A stretch of 64,000 nt of DNA. It comes from a virus (taxonomy: Duplodnaviria > Caudoviricetes). Below the pieces are notes generated by a model that did no database searches, was not told where the DNA came from, and saw only the letters and a list, made by a program, of their open reading frames with translations. Shown here piece after piece: positions 9,691 to 18,489 of the stretch; position 1 is the first letter of the stretch, and the number at the start of each line of letters is the position of its first letter. The translations under genes and the position numbers were made by a program. The stretch lies in the IMG/VR virus record IMGVR_UViG_3300028048_000057, positions 1 through 64,000 of that record. The stretch is one strand, 5' to 3'.

Positions 9691-11337
9691 ATGGCTAATT
9701 TAAAAAATGTTATATATTTAAGTAATGAAGACTATGAAACATTAGTGTCTACAGGAACTGTCACTATTGATGGTGAAACTTTAATATATGATGAAAATAA
9801 TGTTTACATTACTCCTGATAAATTAGTAACCACAACTGAAGATGGTTTAATGTCTTGTACAGATAAAGTCATTTTAGATACAATTAATAGTGCTTATATT
9901 AAAAATGCTAGTGTAAGTGGTAATACATTGACAATTACAAAACAAGATGATACAACTATTACTTTTACAAGTAGTTTATATACATTAGTAAACACTGGTA
10001 CTTCTTCAGATGGAATTAAATTCTTAGAAGATATTTCTTATACAAGTGCTTCATCAAGTGGTAGTAATACAGTTTCAAAATCAACTCATACTCATACTGT
10101 TACAGCAAAGGGTTCTGTTTCATTATCAAGTAGTACAACTTCAACAGATGGCCCTACTTATGTAGAATCAATTTCTGGTGGAAGTGCAGTGTCTCCAACT
10201 ACCAAATATATGAAATTTAATGCTGGTACAACTCCAAAAAGTGGGGCTACACCAAATCATACATCAACCCCATCTGGAGCAAATAGTGGTACAAAAGTTA
10301 CAGCAATTACTGGAATACCTAATTTTAGTGGAGGAAGTGGTTCCTTTACACCTACAACAAAATACTTAAGTGCTTCTTTTAATGGTAGTGAAGTTACAAG
10401 TGGCAGTAATAGTGGAACTAATATAAATGCAGTTACAAGTTATCCAAACTTTAGTGGAGGTTCTTTAGGTGGAACTAAAACATTTGTTACAGGAGTTACA
10501 GCAGGTTCTGGTTCTTTAACTAGTGTTGATACTCAAGGAACTGGAGATATTGCTTATATTGCTAGTGCTTCACATACTCCAGCATCTTTAGGAACTGCTA
10601 GTACAGGAACAGTATCTATAAATGGTGGTTCTGGTAGTTTTACAGGTACTAGAACAACTTCAGGAACAGGTAGTTCATATAGAAGAATATTAACCTTAAG
10701 TCACTCTCATACAGAGGCATCATTAAGTGGAACAACTACATTCGTTACTGGATATCCAAATTTTGATGGTGGAAGTGCAACACATACAACAAAATATTTA
10801 CATCATACTCACACATCTGCTTCATCAAGTGGAACAGGTACAGTTACACTTACACCTGCTTCTTTAGGTACACCAAATACAAGTAGTGTTGCTCCAGGTT
10901 CACATACACATTCAGTTACTTCTGGAGGTTCTATTTCATTAACAGCAAACTCAACTACAGGAACAGGAAGAATTACTTATATTGAAAGTGCAACTCATAA
11001 TCATACTGGTGCTTCATTAGGTACATTAAGTACAGAAGATGTTTCACCAAATGCTCATACACATACTTATGATAAAACTACAAGTGTATCATTAACAGAT
11101 GGTACTGCACCATCAATGAACTTTAATACTGGTGTAAGCACAGATACTCCTTATATTAGTGCTATATCAGGTGGAAGTGCAGTATCTTCTACTACTAGAT
11201 ATATGAAATCAACATTTACTGGTTCAAGTGCTACAACATCAGATGGTAGTAATCAAACAGCAAGTGCAGTAAGTGGTATTACAAGTGGTAGTGTTACAAA
11301 GACTACAAAATATATGAAATTAGAAGAGGAGAACTAA
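9691..11337 (+). CDS. Ser/Thr/Gly-rich fibre with multiple His-x-His motifs
   Basis: HTH/HSH/HNH motifs as in trimeric metal-binding fibre needles; repeated ISGGSAVSxTTxYMK and YPNFxGGS. Confidence 0.65.
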   Translation: MANLKNVIYLSNEDYETLVSTGTVTIDGETLIYDENNVYITPDKLVTTTEDGLMSCTDKVILDTINSAYIKNASVSGNTLTITKQDDTTITFTSSLYTLVNTGTSSDGIKFLEDISYTSASSSGSNTVSKSTHTHTVTAKGSVSLSSSTTSTDGPTYVESISGGSAVSPTTKYMKFNAGTTPKSGATPNHTSTPSGANSGTKVTAITGIPNFSGGSGSFTPTTKYLSASFNGSEVTSGSNSGTNINAVTSYPNFSGGSLGGTKTFVTGVTAGSGSLTSVDTQGTGDIAYIASASHTPASLGTASTGTVSINGGSGSFTGTRTTSGTGSSYRRILTLSHSHTEASLSGTTTFVTGYPNFDGGSATHTTKYLHHTHTSASSSGTGTVTLTPASLGTPNTSSVAPGSHTHSVTSGGSISLTANSTTGTGRITYIESATHNHTGASLGTLSTEDVSPNAHTHTYDKTTSVSLTDGTAPSMNFNTGVSTDTPYISAISGGSAVSSTTRYMKSTFTGSSATTSDGSNQTASAVSGITSGSVTKTTKYMKLEEEN

Positions 11338-11340
11338 TTT

Positions 11341-14300
11341 ATGGCAGATAAAATTGACCATTTAACTATAGATTCTAATAATTATGATATTACTTTACCT
11401 GTAGATGATGTTAACGCAATGTTCTATACTACATCTTCTGCAACAGCAAATGCATTTATAGTAACTATTCCAGGTGTAGATGTTTTAGTTGATGGAATGA
11501 TAATTAATGTTAAGTTTCATGCAGCCACTGCAGAAGGTGCAACATTAAATGTTAATAATTTAGGTGCAAAAGCAATTTATTATAGAACATCAACTGCAGT
11601 TACTACTCACATTGTTGCAAATAACTATGTTACATTAGTTTATGATGCTACAAATGACCATTGGGTAATGCAATATGCTTATGATAATACAGGAACTAAT
11701 ACTATTGGTTATCAATTAAGAACTAATTCAACAGTTTGGGCAAATAAAACTGGCTATACAATGAATAGACGTACATTACTTTTTGAAGTTGATGGTGGTT
11801 TAAGTGGTGCAGCAACTTCTATTGCTACAGGTACAACTAAAACAACAGTTAATTTTAAATATATTCCTGGTGGTGTAATTAAATATTATTCTACTTCTGG
11901 TGCTATTGCTAATGATGCTAACTTTGGAGCCACAGGATTATGGGACCAATATGCTATAGACTTACGATATACATTTAATACAGGTAGTACATTAGTTAGT
12001 AATGGGCCAGTTTATATGAGATGTGTCATCAATACAGATGGTACTTTAACCCCAGATTATACTGGTTCACCAAAACACCCTATTGCTCAAGTATTACCAA
12101 CAACAGATGATGGTAAAGCATATGTATATTTAGGTAAAGCATATAGTACTTCAAGTATTGAATTATATGAACATCACCCTATCTATATATTTAAAAATGG
12201 TAAGATTTGTTTATATACTGGAGTTCAATCAGATTGGAGTGCTTCTTCTGGTCCTACTCAAATATTAAATAAACCAACTTTAGGAACTTCTGCAGCAAAA
12301 GACTTTACTACAAGTGTTACAAGTGGAAGTGGTGATTTAGTTACTTCTGGTGCTGTTTATACTTCTCTAGATTCAAAATCAAATGCTACTAATATAGAAA
12401 ATGGTTCAGGAACTAATGCTATTCAAGAGAAGATGGCAAATGCTACAGTTAACTTTACAGGTAGAAATGCAAATGCAGAATCCTTAGATAGTTCATTATC
12501 TACTACTATTAATACAGGTGCTAGTGCAAGTCAATCTATTGCATTAAATAAAGATACAATGGCTTTAGGCACAGCATCATTTGCAAATGGTAATAAATCC
12601 ATTGCTAAAGGTGAAGAATCACATGCAGAGGGTTATTGTTCAGTTACTCTTGGTGATGGTTCTCATGCAGAAGGTGCAACTACAGTTGCTTTTGGTACAC
12701 AATCACATAGTGAAGGTAATAATACTCAAGCAATTGGTGATGACTCTCATGCAGAAGGTCATGGAACAATTGCAGGTAGTTATACTAGTGGAACAAAAAC
12801 AGGAGAAGCCTCCCATGCAGAAGGTGTAGGAAACAAAATTGGTTCATACACTGCAGACTCTTCCCAAGGTGCTAATCAATCCTCTGGAGGTGGAGGTGGA
12901 GGAGATGACCCTTCACCAGACCCAGGAACTTTCGTTGCTGGTTCAGGTTCACATGCCGAAGGATATAATAACTTAGTTACAGGTGCTGGTTCACATGTTG
13001 AAGGTCTTCGTAACTATGTATCTGGTAATTATTCTCATGCTGAGGGTGTAAATAATACAAACTCTGGTCCTTACTCTTTTGTTGCAGGATACAATAATAT
13101 TAATAATGGAGAAGTCTCTTTTGTAGCAGGAAGATGGAATAATAATCAAGGTAATAACTCTTTTGTTATTGGTAATTATAACAAAAACACCTCTAGTCTT
13201 ATTCCTAGGTTTATTGCAGGTCAATACAATTCTGATATATATAATGCTTTATTTGAAATTGGTAATGGTACAGCCGATAATGCTAGAAGTAATGCTATGA
13301 CTGTTTATAATGATGGTCATGTTGAGATTGGTGCCATGGGAGATACCACTTTTAGTGTGGCAATTAAAGGTTATGTAGATACAAAAGTATCAACTAAATC
13401 AAATGCAACAAATATGCTAAATGGCACTGGTATTGGTTCTTTAAAGCAAATAGACACTACATGTAGTGGTGCCCATTCATTTAGTTCAGGATATAGTACA
13501 ACTGCTTCTGGGAATTATTCTCACACAGAAGGGGCTATTACTGTAGCAAGTGGTGATTATTCACATGCAGAGGGTGCTAATACTATTGCAAGTGGAACAG
13601 CATCTCATGCATCAGGTCTTAACACAAATGCAAAATTAGAGGCTCAAACCGTTGTAGGTAAATTCAATAAAGATGCTACAAATAGTTTGTTCATTGTTGG
13701 TAATGGTACAGCAGATTCAGTAGAAGGAAGAAGTAATGCTTTTGAAGTCTATCAAGATGGACATGCAGAAGTTGGCTTAATAGGTTCTACTAATAAATCA
13801 GTAGTTACAAAAGAATATGTTGATAGTAAACCAAATTTAATAGAAACTACCTATTCTAATTTAAAATCTTTAAGAGACAATTCCCAATTAATTCCAGGTA
13901 GATTTTATAGAATTACTGATTATACTTGTACTACAACAACAACTAATACATCTAGTGCTGGTCATGTTTTTGACATTATTGTGAGAGCAGACTCTACAAA
14001 TAAATTAAATGAAAATGCAAGTGCTATTTTACATAGTGGTGATACTTATTTTGCAAATAACAAACTAGAATCATGGAAACTTTGGTATTCTTTAGATAAT
14101 AATACTAATAGATTTGCTTGGGCTGATTCCACAAATGGTAAAGGTGTCATTTATAGAATGATTGATGAATTTAATAATGATATTCCATATGACTTTAAAA
14201 ATATTTTGTTTACAAAATCAGGAAAATATACTAATGCTTATACTTTTAGTTATACACAAAGTTCAACAATTAATGATGCTTCTATATTAGGATTAAGTAA

Positions 14301-14835
14301 AATTTGTTATGATAACTTAATTAAAGAATATATTTATTCAAACAAACAACAACTTAATTTTAATGTTTTTTATTCAACTATAAACTTATTTACTTGCTAC
14401 TCCAATATATTTGGAAATAATTGTCAAAATAATACTCTTGGAAATAGTTGCTACCACAATGTCTTTGGAAATAATTGTCAAAATAATACTCTTGGAAATA
14501 CTTGTGCAGATAATACTTTTGGAAATAGTTGTCAATACAATACTTTTGGAAATAATTGTGAACACAATACTTTTGGAAATAGTTGTGAACACAATACTTT
14601 TGGAAATGCTTCATCTTCTATGGATTATTATCAATATAATATTCTTGATAATGGGTGTATATTACTTTATCTTATTGGAAATGGAACTGCTTCATCTTCA
14701 AATTATGTACAAAACATTCATATCCATTTAGGGGTTACTGGAACTAAGTCAGATAGAAAAACAATCACAGTAGATAGAAACTTAGCATATGAAACTGATG
14801 TCTATGCATCTGGTTCTACTGAGATGTTTGTATAA
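11341..14835 (+). CDS. Large tail fibre/adhesin with YadA-head-like SHAEG repeats and C-terminal beta-helix repeats
   Basis: Many SHAEG-type repeats, two GNGTAD...RSNA neck motifs, NTFGNxC tandem repeats. Confidence 0.75.
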   Translation: MADKIDHLTIDSNNYDITLPVDDVNAMFYTTSSATANAFIVTIPGVDVLVDGMIINVKFHAATAEGATLNVNNLGAKAIYYRTSTAVTTHIVANNYVTLVYDATNDHWVMQYAYDNTGTNTIGYQLRTNSTVWANKTGYTMNRRTLLFEVDGGLSGAATSIATGTTKTTVNFKYIPGGVIKYYSTSGAIANDANFGATGLWDQYAIDLRYTFNTGSTLVSNGPVYMRCVINTDGTLTPDYTGSPKHPIAQVLPTTDDGKAYVYLGKAYSTSSIELYEHHPIYIFKNGKICLYTGVQSDWSASSGPTQILNKPTLGTSAAKDFTTSVTSGSGDLVTSGAVYTSLDSKSNATNIENGSGTNAIQEKMANATVNFTGRNANAESLDSSLSTTINTGASASQSIALNKDTMALGTASFANGNKSIAKGEESHAEGYCSVTLGDGSHAEGATTVAFGTQSHSEGNNTQAIGDDSHAEGHGTIAGSYTSGTKTGEASHAEGVGNKIGSYTADSSQGANQSSGGGGGGDDPSPDPGTFVAGSGSHAEGYNNLVTGAGSHVEGLRNYVSGNYSHAEGVNNTNSGPYSFVAGYNNINNGEVSFVAGRWNNNQGNNSFVIGNYNKNTSSLIPRFIAGQYNSDIYNALFEIGNGTADNARSNAMTVYNDGHVEIGAMGDTTFSVAIKGYVDTKVSTKSNATNMLNGTGIGSLKQIDTTCSGAHSFSSGYSTTASGNYSHTEGAITVASGDYSHAEGANTIASGTASHASGLNTNAKLEAQTVVGKFNKDATNSLFIVGNGTADSVEGRSNAFEVYQDGHAEVGLIGSTNKSVVTKEYVDSKPNLIETTYSNLKSLRDNSQLIPGRFYRITDYTCTTTTTNTSSAGHVFDIIVRADSTNKLNENASAILHSGDTYFANNKLESWKLWYSLDNNTNRFAWADSTNGKGVIYRMIDEFNNDIPYDFKNILFTKSGKYTNAYTFSYTQSSTINDASILGLSKICYDNLIKEYIYSNKQQLNFNVFYSTINLFTCYSNIFGNNCQNNTLGNSCYHNVFGNNCQNNTLGNTCADNTFGNSCQYNTFGNNCEHNTFGNSCEHNTFGNASSSMDYYQYNILDNGCILLYLIGNGTASSSNYVQNIHIHLGVTGTKSDRKTITVDRNLAYETDVYASGSTEMFV
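14404..14607 (+). repeat. 30-bp coding tandem repeat (about 7 units, NTFGNxCxxN)
   Basis: Repeated aatact(t/c)ttggaaata(a/g)ttgt. Confidence 0.85.
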
Positions 14836-14852
14836 TAAAGAGGTATTAAATT

Positions 14853-15380
14853 ATGGCAGATAAAAAGATTCAAGGTAGTTTAGAAGTCACCGGTAGCACT
14901 AAATTATCTAGTCCAACAAGTGGGACAATATCTTCAGGAAATTTCTTAGGTTTGGATAGTAATAACAATATTATTAAAGGCAACTTACCTATTACTTTAG
15001 GTGATATTATTAATTTGGGAACAATTAGTGTGTATATAGATACAGAGGGTTCTCAAGAGGCAGTGGCTTCCTTTAGTAAAGAAATAAGTCAGCAAGAATT
15101 TGCACAAATATCAAATACAGGATTATGCATTATTATGTTTAATACAACTTGTGTTATTATTCCATATGTTAAAGAGGGGTATCCATCCCAGGGTAATAGA
15201 TTTATTTGTAATGCAGCATACGATTCTTTAGGGAATTCAATGACTGTAAGAGGTGTATTGAGAGTTGCTCAAGATGAGGTATGCTATATATCAATTAAAT
15301 TCAATACTGAATTTGCAGAAAAATTACTTCAATCAGGAATTACACCATATGGTATTATTAGATTTATAGGATTAAATTAA
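14853..15380 (+). CDS. Fibre-associated hypothetical protein
   Basis: GAGG RBS; IQGSLEVTG and LGLDSNNNI fibre-like motifs. Confidence 0.5.
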   Translation: MADKKIQGSLEVTGSTKLSSPTSGTISSGNFLGLDSNNNIIKGNLPITLGDIINLGTISVYIDTEGSQEAVASFSKEISQQEFAQISNTGLCIIMFNTTCVIIPYVKEGYPSQGNRFICNAAYDSLGNSMTVRGVLRVAQDEVCYISIKFNTEFAEKLLQSGITPYGIIRFIGLN

Positions 15381-15416
15381 AATATATAAACATTAATAAA
15401 AAGGAGATATAATTTT

Positions 15417-15668
15417 ATGGATTATGTGTATAGTGAATTAAATGATATTGTTGTAAATATAGAATACAATGGGGTGGAAAATGAAACCTCCAAAGTTTTA
15501 GTAGACAATTTAAACAGATTAATAGAAGTTATTATTAAAAAACTTCCTAACAAATTATTAATAATTGATAAAGATGGAAACACTATTCAATTTGATGGTT
15601 CTGAATTAAAGGAACTTGATGTTAGCACAATGCCTTATCAAGAAACATTAGATATCCTTAACTCATAA
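15417..15668 (+). CDS. Small structural hypothetical protein
   Basis: AAGGAG RBS; QFDGS...V motif seen in fibre proteins. Confidence 0.5.
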   Translation: MDYVYSELNDIVVNIEYNGVENETSKVLVDNLNRLIEVIIKKLPNKLLIIDKDGNTIQFDGSELKELDVSTMPYQETLDILNS

Positions 15669-15669
15669 T

Positions 15670-15698
15670 AGAGTCATTATATTGACTCTTTTTATTTT
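15670..15698 (+). terminator. Intrinsic terminator
   Basis: AGAGTCA-ttatat-TGACTCT then T-rich tail. Confidence 0.7.
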
Positions 15699-15714
15699 AA
15701 TAAAGTAGTTTTTA

Positions 15715-15731
15715 TGCTAAATTTATTGATA
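15715..15731 (+). promoter_or_regulatory. Putative late promoter TGCTAAATTTATTGATA
   Basis: Extended form of the recurrent motif. Confidence 0.75.
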
Positions 15732-15748
15732 AACTTAGAGGATGATAA

Positions 15749-16708
15749 ATGCAATATAATAGATTACAATTATTAGAAAAAACTAGACAAGAACTTATCA
15801 ATAAATCTAAATCTGGTGCAGAATATTCTAAGAAGAATCAAGCGAGAGGAAAGAATAGATGGGAAAGAAGAAATTATTCCCAAGTGGCCAATAGTGTCAG
15901 AGATTATAATAATATTGATATGGATGCCTTTTGGAAAGGTGATGTTTTAGAATTTGTTATTAAAGTTAATGGTGAAACAGATAATTATGAAGTTATTATT
16001 CTCTTTGAAGGTATTTTAGCAGAACTTAGAAGAGAAGTTCAAGGAAATAACAATAAATTAGAATTTAAATGTGTATTGAGAGCATTACTTAAAGTTTTCA
16101 ATACTGGAGATGTTTATGTTTCATGCAACTGTCCAGATTTTATATATAGGTTCAAGTATTGGGCAGCAAGAAATAAATATTCAAGTGCAATACCAGACCA
16201 ATATACCAATATGAGACCATTGCCAGGACCAGAAGATGGAGGTAGAGGTGCAGCAGGGGCTAATGACCAAGATACAAAAGGTTCAGCATGTAAACATGTA
16301 AATCTTGTTATTAGTAATTTAGATTGGATGATGAAAGTTGCTAGTGTAATAAACAATTATGTTAAGTGGTGTAAGGAAAACATGGAAAGAAATTATGCAG
16401 ATTATATTTTTCCACAAGTATATGGAGTTCCTTATAATAAAGCCATTCAAATGTCCTTGTTTGATGACCCTAATGATAATGGATTATTACTAAGTGACCA
16501 AGACACTATCAATAAAGTTATTAATAAGAGTTTACAAGGTAAAGATACTCAAGGTAAATGGACAAAAGGAAATCAATATAGATTTCAAAAGAAAGACATA
16601 GATAATAATAATAATGAAGAAGACCCTAATCAATTAAAATTAGATTTAAAGTTTGGAAATAATCAGAATAAAGAACTAGTTCCTAATGAGGAGGAAGATG
16701 AATTATGA
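15749..16708 (+). CDS. SWIM zinc-finger protein
   Basis: VSCNCPDF...ACKH SWIM signature. Confidence 0.7.
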   Translation: MQYNRLQLLEKTRQELINKSKSGAEYSKKNQARGKNRWERRNYSQVANSVRDYNNIDMDAFWKGDVLEFVIKVNGETDNYEVIILFEGILAELRREVQGNNNKLEFKCVLRALLKVFNTGDVYVSCNCPDFIYRFKYWAARNKYSSAIPDQYTNMRPLPGPEDGGRGAAGANDQDTKGSACKHVNLVISNLDWMMKVASVINNYVKWCKENMERNYADYIFPQVYGVPYNKAIQMSLFDDPNDNGLLLSDQDTINKVINKSLQGKDTQGKWTKGNQYRFQKKDIDNNNNEEDPNQLKLDLKFGNNQNKELVPNEEEDEL

Positions 16709-17109
16709 TAAAGAAAAATATAATTTTAGGTGAATATATCAATGTAAATATTTCTCCAAATCAAATAATTACAATAAATAGAGGAGATACTTTTAATGCT
16801 CCATTATTTATTAATATTGGTGGAAGCAAAATATATCCAGTAAGATATCCATTTACTGATAAAGACACTATTTATGTTGGCATAATGGAAGCCCATCAAC
16901 CTTTTGAACATGCTATAATTAAAAAAGTATACACTATTGAAGATTTAAATGAATATGGAGATATTGTTTTAAGATTAGATAGTAAAGATACTGAATATTT
17001 ATTGCCAGGAACTTATTATTATGAAATTAAATTAGAACATATAAATGATGATGATACAACTATAATTAAAACAATTGTTCCTAAGAGAAAATTATTCTTA
17101 GTAGAATGA
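16705..17109 (+). CDS. BppU-N-like Ig-fold baseplate/adaptor protein
   Basis: INRGDT...DTEYLLPGTYYYEIKL pattern. Confidence 0.55.
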   Translation: MIKKNIILGEYINVNISPNQIITINRGDTFNAPLFINIGGSKIYPVRYPFTDKDTIYVGIMEAHQPFEHAIIKKVYTIEDLNEYGDIVLRLDSKDTEYLLPGTYYYEIKLEHINDDDTTIIKTIVPKRKLFLVE

Positions 17110-17118
17110 TGCTAAATT
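17110..17118 (+). promoter_or_regulatory. Putative late promoter TGCTAAATT
   Basis: Recurrent motif upstream of the holin-like pair. Confidence 0.65.
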
Positions 17119-17152
17119 ATGTGAGAAGGACACAAAGAGGAGTATTATATCT

Positions 17153-17719
17153 ATGCCAGAATGGTTAACAATATTTAGTACAGTAATAGGTATCTTAGGT
17201 ACTCTTTTTGGTGCTATTGGATTAACTGCTTACATTCAAACAAGAATGAAACATAAAGCAGAAAAGAAAAATAAATTAGAGGATGAAAGAGAAGAAGAGA
17301 TTGCTAGACTTCAACATGATAAATATCTAAATGAACTTAGAATCATTATCAAAGAAGAGAATGCTCAAAGTGTTGCTCCTCTAGAAAATCAAATAGGAAC
17401 TCTAGATGAAAAGATAACAACTATTGATGGTAGATTGGCCAAAGTTGAAGATGGTACACAAGATACTTTAAGAGATAGAATCCTTAGTGCATATTATAAA
17501 TGTCAAGAAAAAGGATTCCACACAAGATATGATTTTGAAAATGTTCATCATATGTATAGAGACTATCTTGCTTTAGATGGTAACTCATTTGTAGAAGATT
17601 GCATGAAAAAATTTGATTTACTTCCAGGTGAAGAAGAATATATTAAATCATCAAAAAAGAAAAAAAGTTTTAGAACAACTAAGAAAAAAGGAAGTCAAAT
17701 CTTATTAGAAAATAATTAA
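17153..17719 (+). CDS. Membrane-anchored holin-like protein
   Basis: N-terminal TM helix, coiled coil, LRDRI...YxxLxGNS motif typical of lysis-cassette proteins. Confidence 0.55.
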   Translation: MPEWLTIFSTVIGILGTLFGAIGLTAYIQTRMKHKAEKKNKLEDEREEEIARLQHDKYLNELRIIIKEENAQSVAPLENQIGTLDEKITTIDGRLAKVEDGTQDTLRDRILSAYYKCQEKGFHTRYDFENVHHMYRDYLALDGNSFVEDCMKKFDLLPGEEEYIKSSKKKKSFRTTKKKGSQILLENN

Positions 17720-17743
17720 ATAAAGAAAGGAATGTAGAAGATT

Positions 17744-18076
17744 ATGTTAGACACAGTACAATCAATTATTGCATTAATTGGAGCCTTAGCAGGATTAATT
17801 GGAACAGGAGTTAGTGCCTTCTTTGCTATTAAAGTTTTAATTAAATCTAGAAAAGAAAAGACAGCACAAGAAAATTGGAACTTCATTATGGAAATTGCTA
17901 GAACTGCTATGAGTAAAGCAGAAGAAACAGGAGCCAGTGGAGCAGACAAAAAGACTATGGTTATTGAAAGTGTTAAAGAAGGATGTAAAGCAGCAGGAAT
18001 CAACTTAGATTCATTTATTGACCAATTAAGGGCCTTCATTGACCAATCAATCTCATTTGCCAATACAATTAAATAA
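17744..18076 (+). CDS. LL-H-type holin-like protein
   Basis: N-terminal TM helix then AEETGASGADKK. Confidence 0.6.
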   Translation: MLDTVQSIIALIGALAGLIGTGVSAFFAIKVLIKSRKEKTAQENWNFIMEIARTAMSKAEETGASGADKKTMVIESVKEGCKAAGINLDSFIDQLRAFIDQSISFANTIK

Positions 18077-18104
18077 TTTAATTTAAAGGGAAGATATCCC
18101 TACT

Positions 18105-18131
18105 AGAGGTCTACTAAGTACACCTCTTTTT
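18105..18131 (+). terminator. Intrinsic terminator
   Basis: AGAGGT...ACCTCT stem plus T-run. Confidence 0.6.
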
Positions 18132-18135
18132 ATTT

Positions 18136-18144
18136 TGCTAAATT
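18136..18144 (+). promoter_or_regulatory. Putative late promoter TGCTAAATT
   Basis: Recurrent motif directly after terminator. Confidence 0.6.
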
Positions 18145-18146
18145 AA

Positions 18147-18371
18147 ATGAATATGGAAAACTTATATACTTATTATAACTATGAAGATGCTTACTATCAC
18201 ATGCAATATAATAAATGTATAGAGATAGCAAAATACCTTTTACCTAAAATAAAAAACAATCCTATGGTTAGAGAATTAGAAGATAAACTATATGATACCT
18301 ATGATAGTATAGATAATAATCTATTAGGTGAAATAAAGATTTGGTTAATGGTATATCAAAATATAATATAA
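18147..18371 (+). CDS. Hypothetical protein, possibly leaderless (start 18147 or 18153)
   Basis: 74-aa ORF directly behind the promoter motif, no RBS visible. Confidence 0.4.
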   Translation: MNMENLYTYYNYEDAYYHMQYNKCIEIAKYLLPKIKNNPMVRELEDKLYDTYDSIDNNLLGEIKIWLMVYQNII

Positions 18372-18429
18372 CCTTGCAACAACCTTGCAAAAAATATTCT
18401 TATAATTAAAAGATTAAAAAAATAGGTTG

Positions 18430-18438
18430 TGCTAAATT
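18430..18438 (+). promoter_or_regulatory. Putative late promoter TGCTAAATT
   Basis: Recurrent motif upstream of terminase. Confidence 0.65.
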
Positions 18439-18489
18439 AAGTGAAAGCATAATTAGCGAAAAACCATAGTGGAGAAAATTTCTTAACTA

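Noticed and set aside
14386-14731. Repetitive ORFs in alternative frames; possible CRISPR-like array
   Set aside because: By-products of the 30-bp coding repeat in the fibre gene; no unique spacers and no cas genes
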